DNA of 64,000 nucleotides, from NCBI GenBank assembly GCA_036630325.1, contig CP142728.1:372001-436000 (forward strand), given 5' to 3'. Positions 36,558-47,419 of this stretch are shown here, one piece after another. Position numbers and translations under genes: made by a program. This DNA is from Vairimorpha necatrix (taxonomy: Eukaryota). Each line of letters begins with the position of its first letter. Position 1 is the stretch's first letter. Under the pieces are notes generated by a model, which saw only the letters and a program-made list of their open reading frames with translations, was not told the DNA's origin and did no database searches.

Positions 36558-36618
36558 TTATAGGAGTGAAAAAAAAAGAATATAGGAGTGAAAGGAAAGA
36601 ATATAGGAGAGAAAAAAA
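36558..36618. repeat. Three ~21-bp tandem units directly upstream of paralog 1
   Basis: TATAGGAG(T/A)GAAA..AAAGAA repeated three times. Confidence 0.8.
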
Positions 36619-38097
36619 CAAAAAAAGCAAATGTAATTCTTATTGGTTTAAAAATTGACATATAAATGCTACTCGACGTGTTACACACGCTATTATTAAG
36701 ACTGAACATAAAATAAGACACAATTGATAATGATCTAAAACCGGTCTGTTTTAGATCCAGACTAAAACTATTTAAGAAATTTTAAATAGATAAAATATGA
36801 CAATCAAAATAGTTTTTCTTCAGAAAGAAAGCCTTCTACATACCTCAGCTCTCCTTTTAGTAACATATGAAATTATTCCTTTTTTAATTTTCCGTTTTTT
36901 GAGAGATTTTCTAAATAAAAAAAAATTTGTTCATCATAAAATTTATTTTTAAAAATATTTAATAGCATTTAAATTTTATAACCGTTATTATGTCCTTTGG
37001 ATAGTTTTTAAGTATGTCAAGTATAAGTGAATTTTATTTTTTTAGATTTTCCAATTTTAGGCGTTCAATCGCATTTGGAATATTTTTTTTTAGTAGATTA
37101 AATATAATAAGACACAAAACATATTTTTAACTTAGGTGTAAAATTGCTTTTTTTGATGTCTAAAGAACAAAGTATACATAATCAAATTTTTCAAATTGTT
37201 CTGGTAAGGTCCATATTTAATAGAACATTAAAAAAAATAAATTTTTTTTTGGCGACTATTAATAATTTAAAAGGGGAAATTTTGATTAAAATTTACATAA
37301 TATATGTTAATAGCGCATGATTTCTTGTTTTAAAAACGAAAATCTCATTGATTTTTAAATATATTGATAAAATTCTCATCCGGGTACAAAAAAATTAAAA
37401 GAAGAAAATATGATTTTTTAAGCAAAGAAATTACTTTTTAAAGTGTGTATATTTAGAGATAAATTATATTCGCCTGATTACATGAATGATGACTAAATTT
37501 AATTTAAAAAAAGTATTTTTATTTTACCTTAGTAAAATTAAATATAGTTGATACATTTTATTCATAAATAATATGTGGTTTTTTTAGTTATCATCAATTA
37601 TGCATAAAATCTCAATTTTTATAAAGATGCAAATTTTTAATGTGACGAAACTTGTTCGTAAAAGTATTTTCTTTTAGTTGTTTATGACTTTTTTTCTTTT
37701 TCCCGTTTTTAACTTTGAATCATAAGAAGCAAAGTATAAAATAAAGCATTCTTTATGCACAAAAGGATGTAAAGTAATTTGCCTCTTGGAATTTATAAAT
37801 GTGTTAATTATTTAATTATATTATCATGAATATTTAATAATTTGTTTGTCAAAAAAGATAAATTTTTATGATCTAAGATGACGTTGCGATGATGATCATA
37901 AACATAATATCAATAAGATACTTGATACATTTTTAAATTTATTAAACTCATTCATAATTAAATAAAGTTTACCTTTTTAAAATATAAATATAATTTTTTT
38001 TTACATAAATAATGAACATTATTATTAATTTTGATCACTTGCCAGTATCTTTTTTCATAATCTTGTTATTTTAATTTTCTTTTTTTTTGACCCCACG

Positions 38098-40329
38098 ATG
38101 AATCAAAAAGAAGACATTTTAAGAACAAAAGAATTTGAAAATCTAAAAGACTACACAATATTCAAGAAAAGAACTCCTAGATTAAAAAGATACACAAGAA
38201 ATGATAAGAAAAGACTTAGTAGATGGTATATAAGCTTCGTCAAGAATAATAACCCTCGTATTAAATATAAATATTGGATAAGTATCAATGGATACTTAGA
38301 CGACAATAATTTGATACAAAGCTCGCCCATTTTGAATATTCAGGGATCTTTGGTTGTAGTCACAGCCAACTCGCTTTATTTCTTAAAAGGGAATAGTGAA
38401 ATAATAAGAAATCCGCCTCATTCTAGATTTGAGATTACTGAATTGTCTAAGTTTAGTAAAGGCTTCCCTAATGACTGGGAGGAAATAATTATAAGACAAC
38501 TTACAGAGATATTTGGGGCTGAGAAGCTTAAGACTAGTGATTTAGATGGAGATATGGTATTGACACCCTTTGATAAGTTATATAATAAGATATTTAGTAA
38601 CGAAGAGGAGGAAAATATACAATTGTCAAATGCTCAATCAGGCGATGAAAACATAGAAGAAAATTATTTAGCTGATCAAGAACAATCAGAAGAAAATGAT
38701 ATAGAAGAAACTGAAAATAAGTCTGAAGAATCTGAAAATATATCAGAAGAGTTTGATCTAGAAGAAAATAAAAATATATCAGAAGACGACGACACAGAAG
38801 AAAATAAAAATATATCAGAAGACGACGACACAGAAGAAAATAAAAATATTTCAGAAGACGACGAAACAGAAGAAAATAAAAATATTTCAGAAGACGACGA
38901 AACAGAAGAAAATAAAAATATCTCAGAAGAGTCTGATCTAGAAGAAAATGTTTTATTAGAAGTTAAAAATAACTTAGAAGATAAAGGTAATCTTTCTATA
39001 AGAAGTCAAATTACACAGGCAACATTAAAAAGCCAAACAAAAGAGGAAGATAGCGAAGACATAGAAATAGTGTCAAGTTCTTTCCGTTTTGACAAGTCAC
39101 AAAACAAAGAAAGTAAATTTAAGGGAGCCTTTGAAAAGGAAAATACATTTGACATGACATATGATAAAGGAAAGCTTGTTGACAGTCCCTATGAGCACAT
39201 TTTTCTAGAAGATAATATTGAAGAAATAATCAAAATAGAAGAAAAATCTAAAACAAAAGAAGAATCTGATTTAGAAATTTGTATTTTAAACACAAAAGAA
39301 GAAGACAATTTTGATAGAAAGTTCAAATCTAATGACTCTGAAAAATCTGCAGAAGATATTCAAAAATCAATAAAGAAAACTGCAGAATCCTTTCAAAGCG
39401 CAATAAATAACATTAATGAGCAAAACAGTGCACCACCTCAAAGAAACTATAAAACAAACACAGACTTCTTCATAGACAGTAGTTTCCACACCGAAGAAAC
39501 ACTTTCTTCGGGTATAAAACTCGAAGATATCGAAGATAAAGATTGTCTACAGGACTCAAAAATAATTGAAAGCATTTTAAGCCTAGGAAGTATATTGGAA
39601 AATGGGACATTTACTCCAAATGACTCAGATAAAGTGAATTTGTCACTGACAAAAAGAAAGAAAAAAGAAGAAAAAGGTCAAAAAAAGAAAAGTAAAGACT
39701 CGGTGATCTCTGAATACACTAGTGTGCAGAGTGAAGGGAAATCTAACAAGTCCCTACTAGAACAAATTATGAATAGTAGAATAAGCCGACCATATTCGTA
39801 CGAAGAAGTAAGCAATAAAGAGAAGATTTCATTAATACAGAAAAATGAAGAAAATAAGACACAAGTGGAGGAAAGACAAAAACATAATGAGATAGAAATA
39901 TTAAAAGGACCGAGTATCATTAATGAACAGCAAGAAAAAGAACCAAGTATAATAAATGAGGACAAAAAAGTAAAAGAAGAAATTGAGCAGAAGCGAGTAA
40001 ATGTAGAGCCAAATATTTCAAAGGAGGAAGCAAAGGAAGAAATTGACCAAGATACTGTAAATGAATTGATAAAAATAGAAAACCTGAAAAAATTATACAA
40101 ACAAAATGCAATTATACAAAATCAAGAGTTAGAAAATAAACTCAATCAAGTTCTTTATGAAGACAGTGAGGAGACAAGGGAGAATAAATCTTTGTTTGTA
40201 GAAAGTAAAAATGTGCCCACGGGAGAAGTCGAAGGCAACGCTACATCTTCAAGTCTGAATACTCGCAAAATAAAAAAGAAGAAAGGAATGCGCATGCCAA
40301 GCCAGGGCAAAAATAAAAAGAAAATGTAA
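38098..40329 (+). CDS. SANTA-domain protein, KNL2/M18BP1-like, with a long acidic disordered tail
   Basis: The N-terminal LSRWYI...ISINGY...QSSPI......VVTANSLYFLKG...FSKGFPNDWEEII pattern matches the SANTA domain. The start context is GACCCCACG-ATG. Confidence 0.7.
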   Translation: MNQKEDILRTKEFENLKDYTIFKKRTPRLKRYTRNDKKRLSRWYISFVKNNNPRIKYKYWISINGYLDDNNLIQSSPILNIQGSLVVVTANSLYFLKGNSEIIRNPPHSRFEITELSKFSKGFPNDWEEIIIRQLTEIFGAEKLKTSDLDGDMVLTPFDKLYNKIFSNEEEENIQLSNAQSGDENIEENYLADQEQSEENDIEETENKSEESENISEEFDLEENKNISEDDDTEENKNISEDDDTEENKNISEDDETEENKNISEDDETEENKNISEESDLEENVLLEVKNNLEDKGNLSIRSQITQATLKSQTKEEDSEDIEIVSSSFRFDKSQNKESKFKGAFEKENTFDMTYDKGKLVDSPYEHIFLEDNIEEIIKIEEKSKTKEESDLEICILNTKEEDNFDRKFKSNDSEKSAEDIQKSIKKTAESFQSAINNINEQNSAPPQRNYKTNTDFFIDSSFHTEETLSSGIKLEDIEDKDCLQDSKIIESILSLGSILENGTFTPNDSDKVNLSLTKRKKKEEKGQKKKSKDSVISEYTSVQSEGKSNKSLLEQIMNSRISRPYSYEEVSNKEKISLIQKNEENKTQVEERQKHNEIEILKGPSIINEQQEKEPSIINEDKKVKEEIEQKRVNVEPNISKEEAKEEIDQDTVNELIKIENLKKLYKQNAIIQNQELENKLNQVLYEDSEETRENKSLFVESKNVPTGEVEGNATSSSLNTRKIKKKKGMRMPSQGKNKKKM
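38725..38940 (+). repeat. Coding minisatellite, 6 x 36 bp (EENKNISEDDDT-like)
   Basis: The unit GAAGAAAATAAAAATAT.TCAGAAGACGACGA.ACA is repeated in frame. Confidence 0.95.
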
Positions 40330-40639
40330 AGACAAGGTTAAAAAACATTGTAAAATATTATTATGTAAAATACAAGATCTTATCTAAAAATATATAATAA
40401 AAGATTTTAAGAATTTTATATAGGGTTTATTTATATTTAGTTAATTTTAAGATATTTATATTTACGGTTCGTCTACTAATATACAAGGTATTTTTAGGTA
40501 CTGTGGTATTATTAATGATTTATACTTACTAACATTCCCGCGATTTTGAACAATTTCGTCTCAGTAAGTGCACTTATGTCATCTTCTACGGTGTATCCCT
40601 TGTTATATTTTTTTCTTCAAATAAAAAAAAATCTAATGT

Positions 40640-41130
40640 CTACCTTTTCACATTACAACGAATCTATGATTCAAGAAAATTCTTAATGTTTGTTTCCCGA
40701 TTTACCTTATGTGATATTTAGTCGCCACAATAAAACTATTTCTGTAACGACTTGTAGACTAATTAGAAAAAAAATATGTTTTTAGTTTTTTTATTTGTAT
40801 ATGCAAATTGATCCTGTTTGTATTAAACTTCTACTATTAATGTTTCTCATTTATTTTGTCGAACACAAAAATATCAGGTTTATTATAATTTATTTCTATA
40901 TGTTCTCGTATTCAAGCTCGAACTTTTTCATAATCTCATATGCTGTGTTTACGTATTTTTTTGACTTATTGAAGCCAAATTTAGCACATAATGAAAACGA
41001 TTAGATTATATCATCCCGTTGTGTTTTTTTTTATAAATCAAAATCTAACGTTCGATCACACTTAATAATAAAAAAATCATAGACTTCTTAAGAAATCCAC
41101 AGGGAAACATTTATCCCAACGTCTTGATAT
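40640..41130 (-). mobile_element. 3' fragment of a second RLE-type non-LTR retrotransposon
   Basis: KCDRTLDFD (~41036-41063), LCAKFGFNKSKK and NKPDIFVFDK (~40854-40884) are colinear with the relic at 11.6-13.6 kb. Confidence 0.7.
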
Positions 41131-42213
41131 ATATATATTTCTATTTTTTACAACTGATGATTGCTTCGGATCTAGCATATTTGTTACCATTGATAAAAAG
41201 AAGAAGAAAACAATTAGCTTAAAACCTTTTTTTAACTTGAAACAACTTTATACGGTAGGTTCATAATTTAATTTAGCAAACCGCCGTCTTTCAGGCGACT
41301 TTAGCCTACTTTAGATTAGTTTACCTAAAAAAGCTAAACTTTTTTAAAAAAAAGTGTTAATTTGTAGTGAAAAGATTGCTATTGTGTTAATTATAAAACT
41401 ATATAGTTTACAAAACTTATAATATTTTCCAGATTTATTCTCAAACTATACAATTATCCTCTTAAAAACTGGCATTCTTGAGAATTAGAAGTAAATTCGC
41501 TAAAAGTTAGTCTTATATAATATAATATATATTATATATACATTTGAGAAATCAAATATTTCGAAAAGAAAGCCCGCAAAATGTATTCTAGGATACCGAC
41601 TTTATTGCTATGACATTATACAGTGATATTTAAGTTTATAATTTATTGCATATAATGTCATCCTTAAAAATGTTCTGAATTAAAGTTTTTCAATATAAAG
41701 ATAGACTCTTACCTCATATGCAATTGTACCCATATATTACACAAAAAAAAGTTTCTACTAATTGTTCTTAAAAATGATTAATTATTTACAATTTCACTAA
41801 AAAAACAACGTACAGAATTTTTTTTAGGATACAAATATACTTTATTTAAAATGTGACTTTAATTTATATTAAACATTATAACTGCCTGTCTATTTTTTTT
41901 TATTCTATCTATCTAAAATTTGATATAATAGCCTTATGCTTTGTTTTTTGCAAAAACTGCTCTATATTTGTTGTATCATTGCATTTGCATAAATACGTAT
42001 CCTATGCACCCTATTGATCAAACTTCTTAAGTAAGCTTATATTTCTGGGGTGTAAACCACTATACAAAAAAAAACATTCTAGTTTATATTGTTCAAAAGA
42101 TAATTTCAATTTCTACATGTTTTTTTTTTGAATATTGATACTTGTTTTATATATTATATTTCAAATATCTTATAAGAGTTTTAGACATATAAAAATATTT
42201 TTTACTTTAATTT

Positions 42214-43158
42214 TTATTTATAAGCTAGTCGAAGCTTTTCAAGTGCCGAAACAGCAATCATACAATTTGTACTTAATGAGGGCAAATCTCTGTGTAATGT
42301 TTTTATTTTATCATTAACTTTGCTTAGTGGGTTTTTTTCATTTTCGGTCAGCTGATTATTGCATGCTTTGTCTATATTTTGCATAAAATGATTAAACTTC
42401 TGTATTATGTTGCCATAGTCATACAAGATATTTAGTCTAAGTGGTATATTTCTATATTTATAAATAAATCTTGCACTGTTTGATCTAAATCTTACATTAT
42501 GAGGAGGCATCTTTATTATACATGCAAAGCAATGCTCAAAAAAAAGCATTTGTTCTTGTAATCCATTTTTGGATCTTTCATTTATTTCAATTTTTTCTAT
42601 TAAATTATTAATTTTAGTCAATTGCGGGCTTAAATCCAAAGTAAAACTGTAAAAATAACCGTTTATTATATTTTTTGTGCTAATAAAATCTGTAGTTTCT
42701 TTTGTGGTTTTTTCGCAATTTATTTTAATAGTTTCAAATATCAGTTTTTCATCATCAAAATCCCATTGTTTAGTTTGTTCTTGTATCATTTCTAATGCCA
42801 ATTTATGAAAGGTACCATATGTCTGATCGTTTTCATTATTTTTATTTTGATTTGTTTTTTCGTGTTGTAAACTTGGATTTTCACATAACCGCTTAGGACA
42901 CGAATTATATTCATCATTAGATTGTGTATATGCTTCTTTTAATGTATATATTGTTGTCGGTGTTAGTTTGGGTGAAAGGGTTTCCCAATTTTCTGATCTT
43001 TTTCTTTTTTTTATATGAAGATTGATATCATTCATATTTGTACTATAGATTCTTTTATCTTGATTATCTTGTGATATGATGTTCGCTTTTAATGTCTTTA
43101 ATTCTTTTGGATGAAACAATGATTCAGTACATATTATTGGATAAAAATAATAAAGCAT
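42214..43158 (-). CDS. Paralog 2 of the SP+NLS family
   Basis: Start context GGCCCCAT-ATG. Motifs MLYYFYPIICTE, IKKRKR, QWDFDD, FFEHCFACIIKMPPH, IPLRLNIL and LTENEK. Confidence 0.88.
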   Translation of the reverse strand: MLYYFYPIICTESLFHPKELKTLKANIISQDNQDKRIYSTNMNDINLHIKKRKRSENWETLSPKLTPTTIYTLKEAYTQSNDEYNSCPKRLCENPSLQHEKTNQNKNNENDQTYGTFHKLALEMIQEQTKQWDFDDEKLIFETIKINCEKTTKETTDFISTKNIINGYFYSFTLDLSPQLTKINNLIEKIEINERSKNGLQEQMLFFEHCFACIIKMPPHNVRFRSNSARFIYKYRNIPLRLNILYDYGNIIQKFNHFMQNIDKACNNQLTENEKNPLSKVNDKIKTLHRDLPSLSTNCMIAVSALEKLRLAYK

Positions 43159-43344
43159 ATGGGGCCATAGTTTTTTTTACAAATAAAAAGTAAAATAATG
43201 TAGTGTACTTAAAATATTTATTTGTAAGATATTATTTTCATTTTAATCTTAAAGTATTGTCACAGACATCACAAAGAAAGGGAAGAGGGCTTCAAATGTT
43301 ATTTTTTATGGAGGACCTTGAGCTTATCTTCTCAACGGTTAAAG

Positions 43345-44307
43345 GGCAGTCTGGTGGCCAAAAATCCCTTAAAAGGAATTTTTAAAAAAATCACCCCAAA
43401 AATGAAAAGTCAAGAGGAAGAAAAATAAAAACTTAAAAATCATTTTAATAATTTTTTCAAACAAATCCCCTTCAAAATTTCTTCTAAGCATAAATCTTAC
43501 CAAAGAACTCTTTATTAATTTTTTTGTTCTATGCCTTATGGAAGTTTCACTTTTAACAGCACTCCAATTACCTTCGATAGTATTTGTATGGCATGAATTA
43601 TTTTTATTAACAAATTCTTTTGAATGATTAACCGTCTTATGTTGTTGAAAAATTAAACACATTCTAGAATATGAAGAGAAGCAATCACTATGTATGATAG
43701 ATTCTGGGTGAACATATTTAATTAAAAGTTCTTCTAGTGTAGAAGCTCTTCTATTATCAACAGGAACAAACACAATTTTCCTTTGAGGTGTTCTTTCTAC
43801 AATCCCGAAAATCCAAACTCCTTCTACTCTATGGCCTCTATGGTATTTTACTTTACCAAACTTACTTTCATCTATTTCCACAACAATCCCAGGTCCTCAT
43901 ATTATACCTGTTTCAACGTAAACAGAATTTTCGATGGAATTTACTGTTTAAGTTATGATTTTTCTTACACTTTTAATGCTAATTCCAAGAAATTCCGCAA
44001 TAGCTTTATACTTTACATTAACTGACCATAATTTAATAATTAATAACATAGTATTAATTCCAAGCTTGTTATTGTAGAATGGAGTGTTTTTTAATAAAGA
44101 CCATTTACTTCTACATTTAGACCAAGTACATCTAAAAATAAAATTTTCATTATATTTTTTACTTGAAGAACCACATTTTATACATATTTTGCTTGTTTTT
44201 TCAATGTATTTTAAAAAAATTTCAAAAAGTTTTTCCTCTTGACTTTTCATTTTTGGGGTGATTTTTTTAAAAATTCCTTTTAAGGGATTTTTGGCCACCA
44301 GACTGCC
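43345..44307 (-). mobile_element. Merlin (IS1016/ISXO2-like) transposon with perfect 75-bp TIRs
   Basis: 43345-43419 is the exact reverse complement of 44233-44307, starting GGCAGTCTGGTGGCC. No TSD is seen. Confidence 0.95.
43369..44250 (-). pseudogene. Merlin transposase with two in-frame stops
   Basis: A single frame from the ATG at 44250 carries a CxxC...CxxxxC zinc ribbon, a TAA at 43948-43950, a TGA at 43897-43899 (I*GPGIVVEIDESK, where IGGPG is expected), KYHRGHRVEGVWIFG, IHSD, VNHS and HTNTIEGNW. Confidence 0.9.
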
Positions 44308-44985
44308 ATAGCTCCCTTCTCAACAACCACTGGCATGCATTAAAGAACTTATTGACAGCCATTAAATGAGAATTTTTTTAGAATCTCATGATTTGTATAT
44401 TTATTCTGCATCTAAAATATACTGTGTAATACTAATGATAATAAAAAAAAAATGAAAAATGATTCAAATTATTTCAAAAAATACTGATTTTGATTTCATA
44501 AAAAGATTTAGTACGAAAAAGTAAAAAATATTCTAATGAAAGTTGAGAAGCTTCGGCCTATGGAAGATAATGTCGATACATTAGCTTTTATAAAATTTGA
44601 AAATTACTTGTTTCCAAGTATTGTAAAAATTTTGATGATTATTTTAAATAATTGAAATACATTCTTTTGGATTCATAGTATAATTTTTAGAATTTTGAAA
44701 TAAAATTTAAGCCAATCGATAAACTTTAATGTTGATATAACTTTGTAAAAACAAATCATGATGAAATATGAAAATTTTTATATTCTAAAAATCCAAATAG
44801 TCATAGAAATCGGACAATACATATAAATTGAAACCTTTATGGCGTTTTTTTGATTTATCGAAAAAGAAAAATATCTCGTGATACTAATTTGTTTAATTTG
44901 TTGTTACGTTGGTCATGACACGGAAAAGACAAGTAATCATCAAAGACCATAAATCTAACAGATAGCAGCGCCTCAATCAAAAGAT

Positions 44986-45776
44986 TTTTTTTTTCTTGCA
45001 AGTAAGAGGTAGGGAGAAACCTTACATAGGGACCAGAGGGATTTGGGTGTGATCCTCATCCAACTGGTACTGTGAGATTCTTACTCACTAAAACTCCCTC
45101 CATACACTTGCCGGTGCAGCAAGCTCCGCCGTATCCATTGGACTTTGGCTCCAGGAGAACACTTTCCATTTATACCTCAAATCGCGTCCAGAGTGACCTC
45201 ACAGCGGATATACTTAACGGGCATGGTTATCTATAACCCGAGGAGAGACATCATCGTACTGACTCAAAGGTCCCTACAATCATCCGTATTGCACACACGG
45301 CTCCTTACACGACCACATCCCCAGCCCGGCGTTTTTATTGGGCTGCGTTGACCACCAGTCTCCCACTAGTTTCGGCCACCGTGTTACAGAATCATGTAGG
45401 ATAGGGTCCACGAGACCTTCTATTGCCCTACTTCGTCTAGTCTCTTAGTTAGCTCTAGGATCCCACTCTAGAGTGCACCAGCCATGGGCTCCAACTAGGC
45501 CGTACCCATTAGATACTTTTATGTATCATTAAGTCACCAAAGGGCGATACTGCTTTTTGGCCTTGAGGTGCGTTTCTACACTAGATGCTAATCCCCTTGT
45601 GGCTGGACACACACAAGTTTCATTGAATCAACTTAATGATTATCGTGGACATTTTCATCATCTGAGTTGTTCCAACTGCATCATAGAAAGTAGAAACAAT
45701 TTTGGTGCCCCTGGGAATCGAACCCAGCTATTGCTCAATGGAAGCATAGCATTCTACCACTGTGCTAAGGGCACCT
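44986..45776 (-). mobile_element. Intact tRNA-derived SINE (~790 bp) with poly(A) tail and 14-bp TSD
   Basis: The TSD CTCAATCAAAAGAT lies at 44972-44985 and 45777-45790. The T-run at 44985-44994 is the poly(A) of the minus strand, and a tRNA-like head sits at the other end. Several homologous copies occur in the window. Confidence 0.92.
45703..45775 (-). promoter_or_regulatory. tRNA-like SINE head with Pol III A and B boxes
   Basis: Minus strand: GGTGCCC/GGGCACC acceptor stem, A box TAGCACAGTGG (45757-45767), B box GGTTCGATTCC (45714-45724), and T arm CTGGG-TTCGATT-CCCAG. The anticodon arm is irregular. Confidence 0.88.
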
Positions 45777-47419
45777 CTCAATCAAAAGATATATGAGAAC
45801 ATCATTGATGGTGTTTTTTCACATAAATAGTAAAATGATATTTCTCATTGATTGTATAAATTCTAAGAAAAACAATATGTTTTGTTTATATATGAACTTT
45901 TATTATATGTATGATAGCCCAGTTCTCTTTTGTGCATCTCCAAGAGATATACTGAACCAACAAAAACGATAAAATTTGACGATCGAACTAGAGGACTAAT
46001 AAACTGATTTTTGTTGGCGACATTCTTAATTCTAGGCCATGTTGTTTTCCTAGGCTATCTGTTTATATACATTTGCAAAAGCTAGGAAAAATTTATTTAA
46101 TTTTAATTTAGGTCAAATACGACTATTTTTTTCATAATTATATTTACTATCAAAAAAGCAACCTATACATTGTAAAAAAATTATTGTATGCTTTCACAAT
46201 TTTTAGAGAATTCGAATTTTGTGCATGTACCCTCGTTGCAAAATTTATAAAATCTTAAAAAATGTTATAAATTACCTAAGACCATTTAAGATGCATAAAA
46301 CTCCTGTTGTAGGATGAATTTAATATTCCCAATATTTGTAAATATACTTACATGACTAAAAAACACTAAATACTCATAAAATCCGTAATGCAAGTTTATA
46401 ACATTTGATGTTGCGTAATGAGATACTTATTTCCTAGGCCAATGACTAACAAATCTTCTATTCCAATTAGTTTTTTAAGGTCTTTTATCAATTTGCGTAT
46501 CACAAAAAGCTGCAATAAAATATATTATATTCAAATTATAAGCACTTTCTAAGGTTAATCCAGCCCAACTTATATTTCTGCTGTATTAAAAAAACGATAA
46601 AAAAGATGAAAATCCTATCAAAACTAACAAATCTAGATGAATTTTTCTGAAATACATAGAACCCCCGCCGTAAATACAATCTAAAAATCTTTTGTCTTGT
46701 GATTCTTAAATAAAATAAAAAATACTAGTTTGTTTACGCTAAAAATAAAGTTTCTTTGTTTTAATTCCCTCATAAGATATCATTACACCAACGTTTTTAT
46801 ATTGTTTTCGATTTTATTTACGAAAATTTTGAATATTCTATGGTATATTGTTTACATTTCTATGATATTTACATGTTTTAAAATGCCAACACGCTTTGTG
46901 TGCTTGCATAAATACATATAAAAGACAAAAAAAATTAATCACTCTTAATGATATGTGTTAAAAAAATTTCTTAAAATTCGGTGCAGTATGCCTAGATATA
47001 TTCGACTTGTCATAAATTAGTTATAATTAAACTATGTCTTTTACGTCTATAGTTCTATTTTTACTTTCATATAAATGTCACAAGAACATCATTAATTTAA
47101 AAAAAAATATTTAACATTTTCATGGGCCAATGATAATTTAAATACTCATGTTTTTAATATTTCTCCGTTTTAATCAATCTATTAAAAATTTAAAATGAAA
47201 TTTTTTGCAATACCCTAATCTGTTTTGATTAAATGGATCATTGCAATCCAGTATGTTTCGTTTGATATCTGATTTTTCCTCTATAAAATACTTTATAAAA
47301 ACATTCTGTAATCTATGCCTAGCAGAATTAGCATGAAAAATATTTACTTAGCTTTTCAAACTATGATTTAATGTTAATATATATAAAATTAAAAAGGTAT
47401 TTTTTATTTTCATATTTTA

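Noticed and set aside
43897..43950. Stop-codon reassignment to explain the in-frame TAA/TGA in Merlin and TRM7
   Set aside because: TAA, TAG and TGA all terminate conserved genes normally elsewhere in the window, and the three stops replace different expected residues.
45703..45775. Stand-alone tRNA gene (Gly-TCC or Met-CAT-like)
   Set aside because: It has an extra base after the acceptor stem and an irregular anticodon arm. It lies inside TSD-bounded repeat DNA, with decayed equivalents in other copies, so it is treated as a SINE head.
45145..45796. Short ORFs (68 and 79 aa) in the SINE, and ORFs at 24087-24360 and 62641-62838
   Set aside because: Mostly non-ATG starts, and the reading frames are not preserved between SINE copies.
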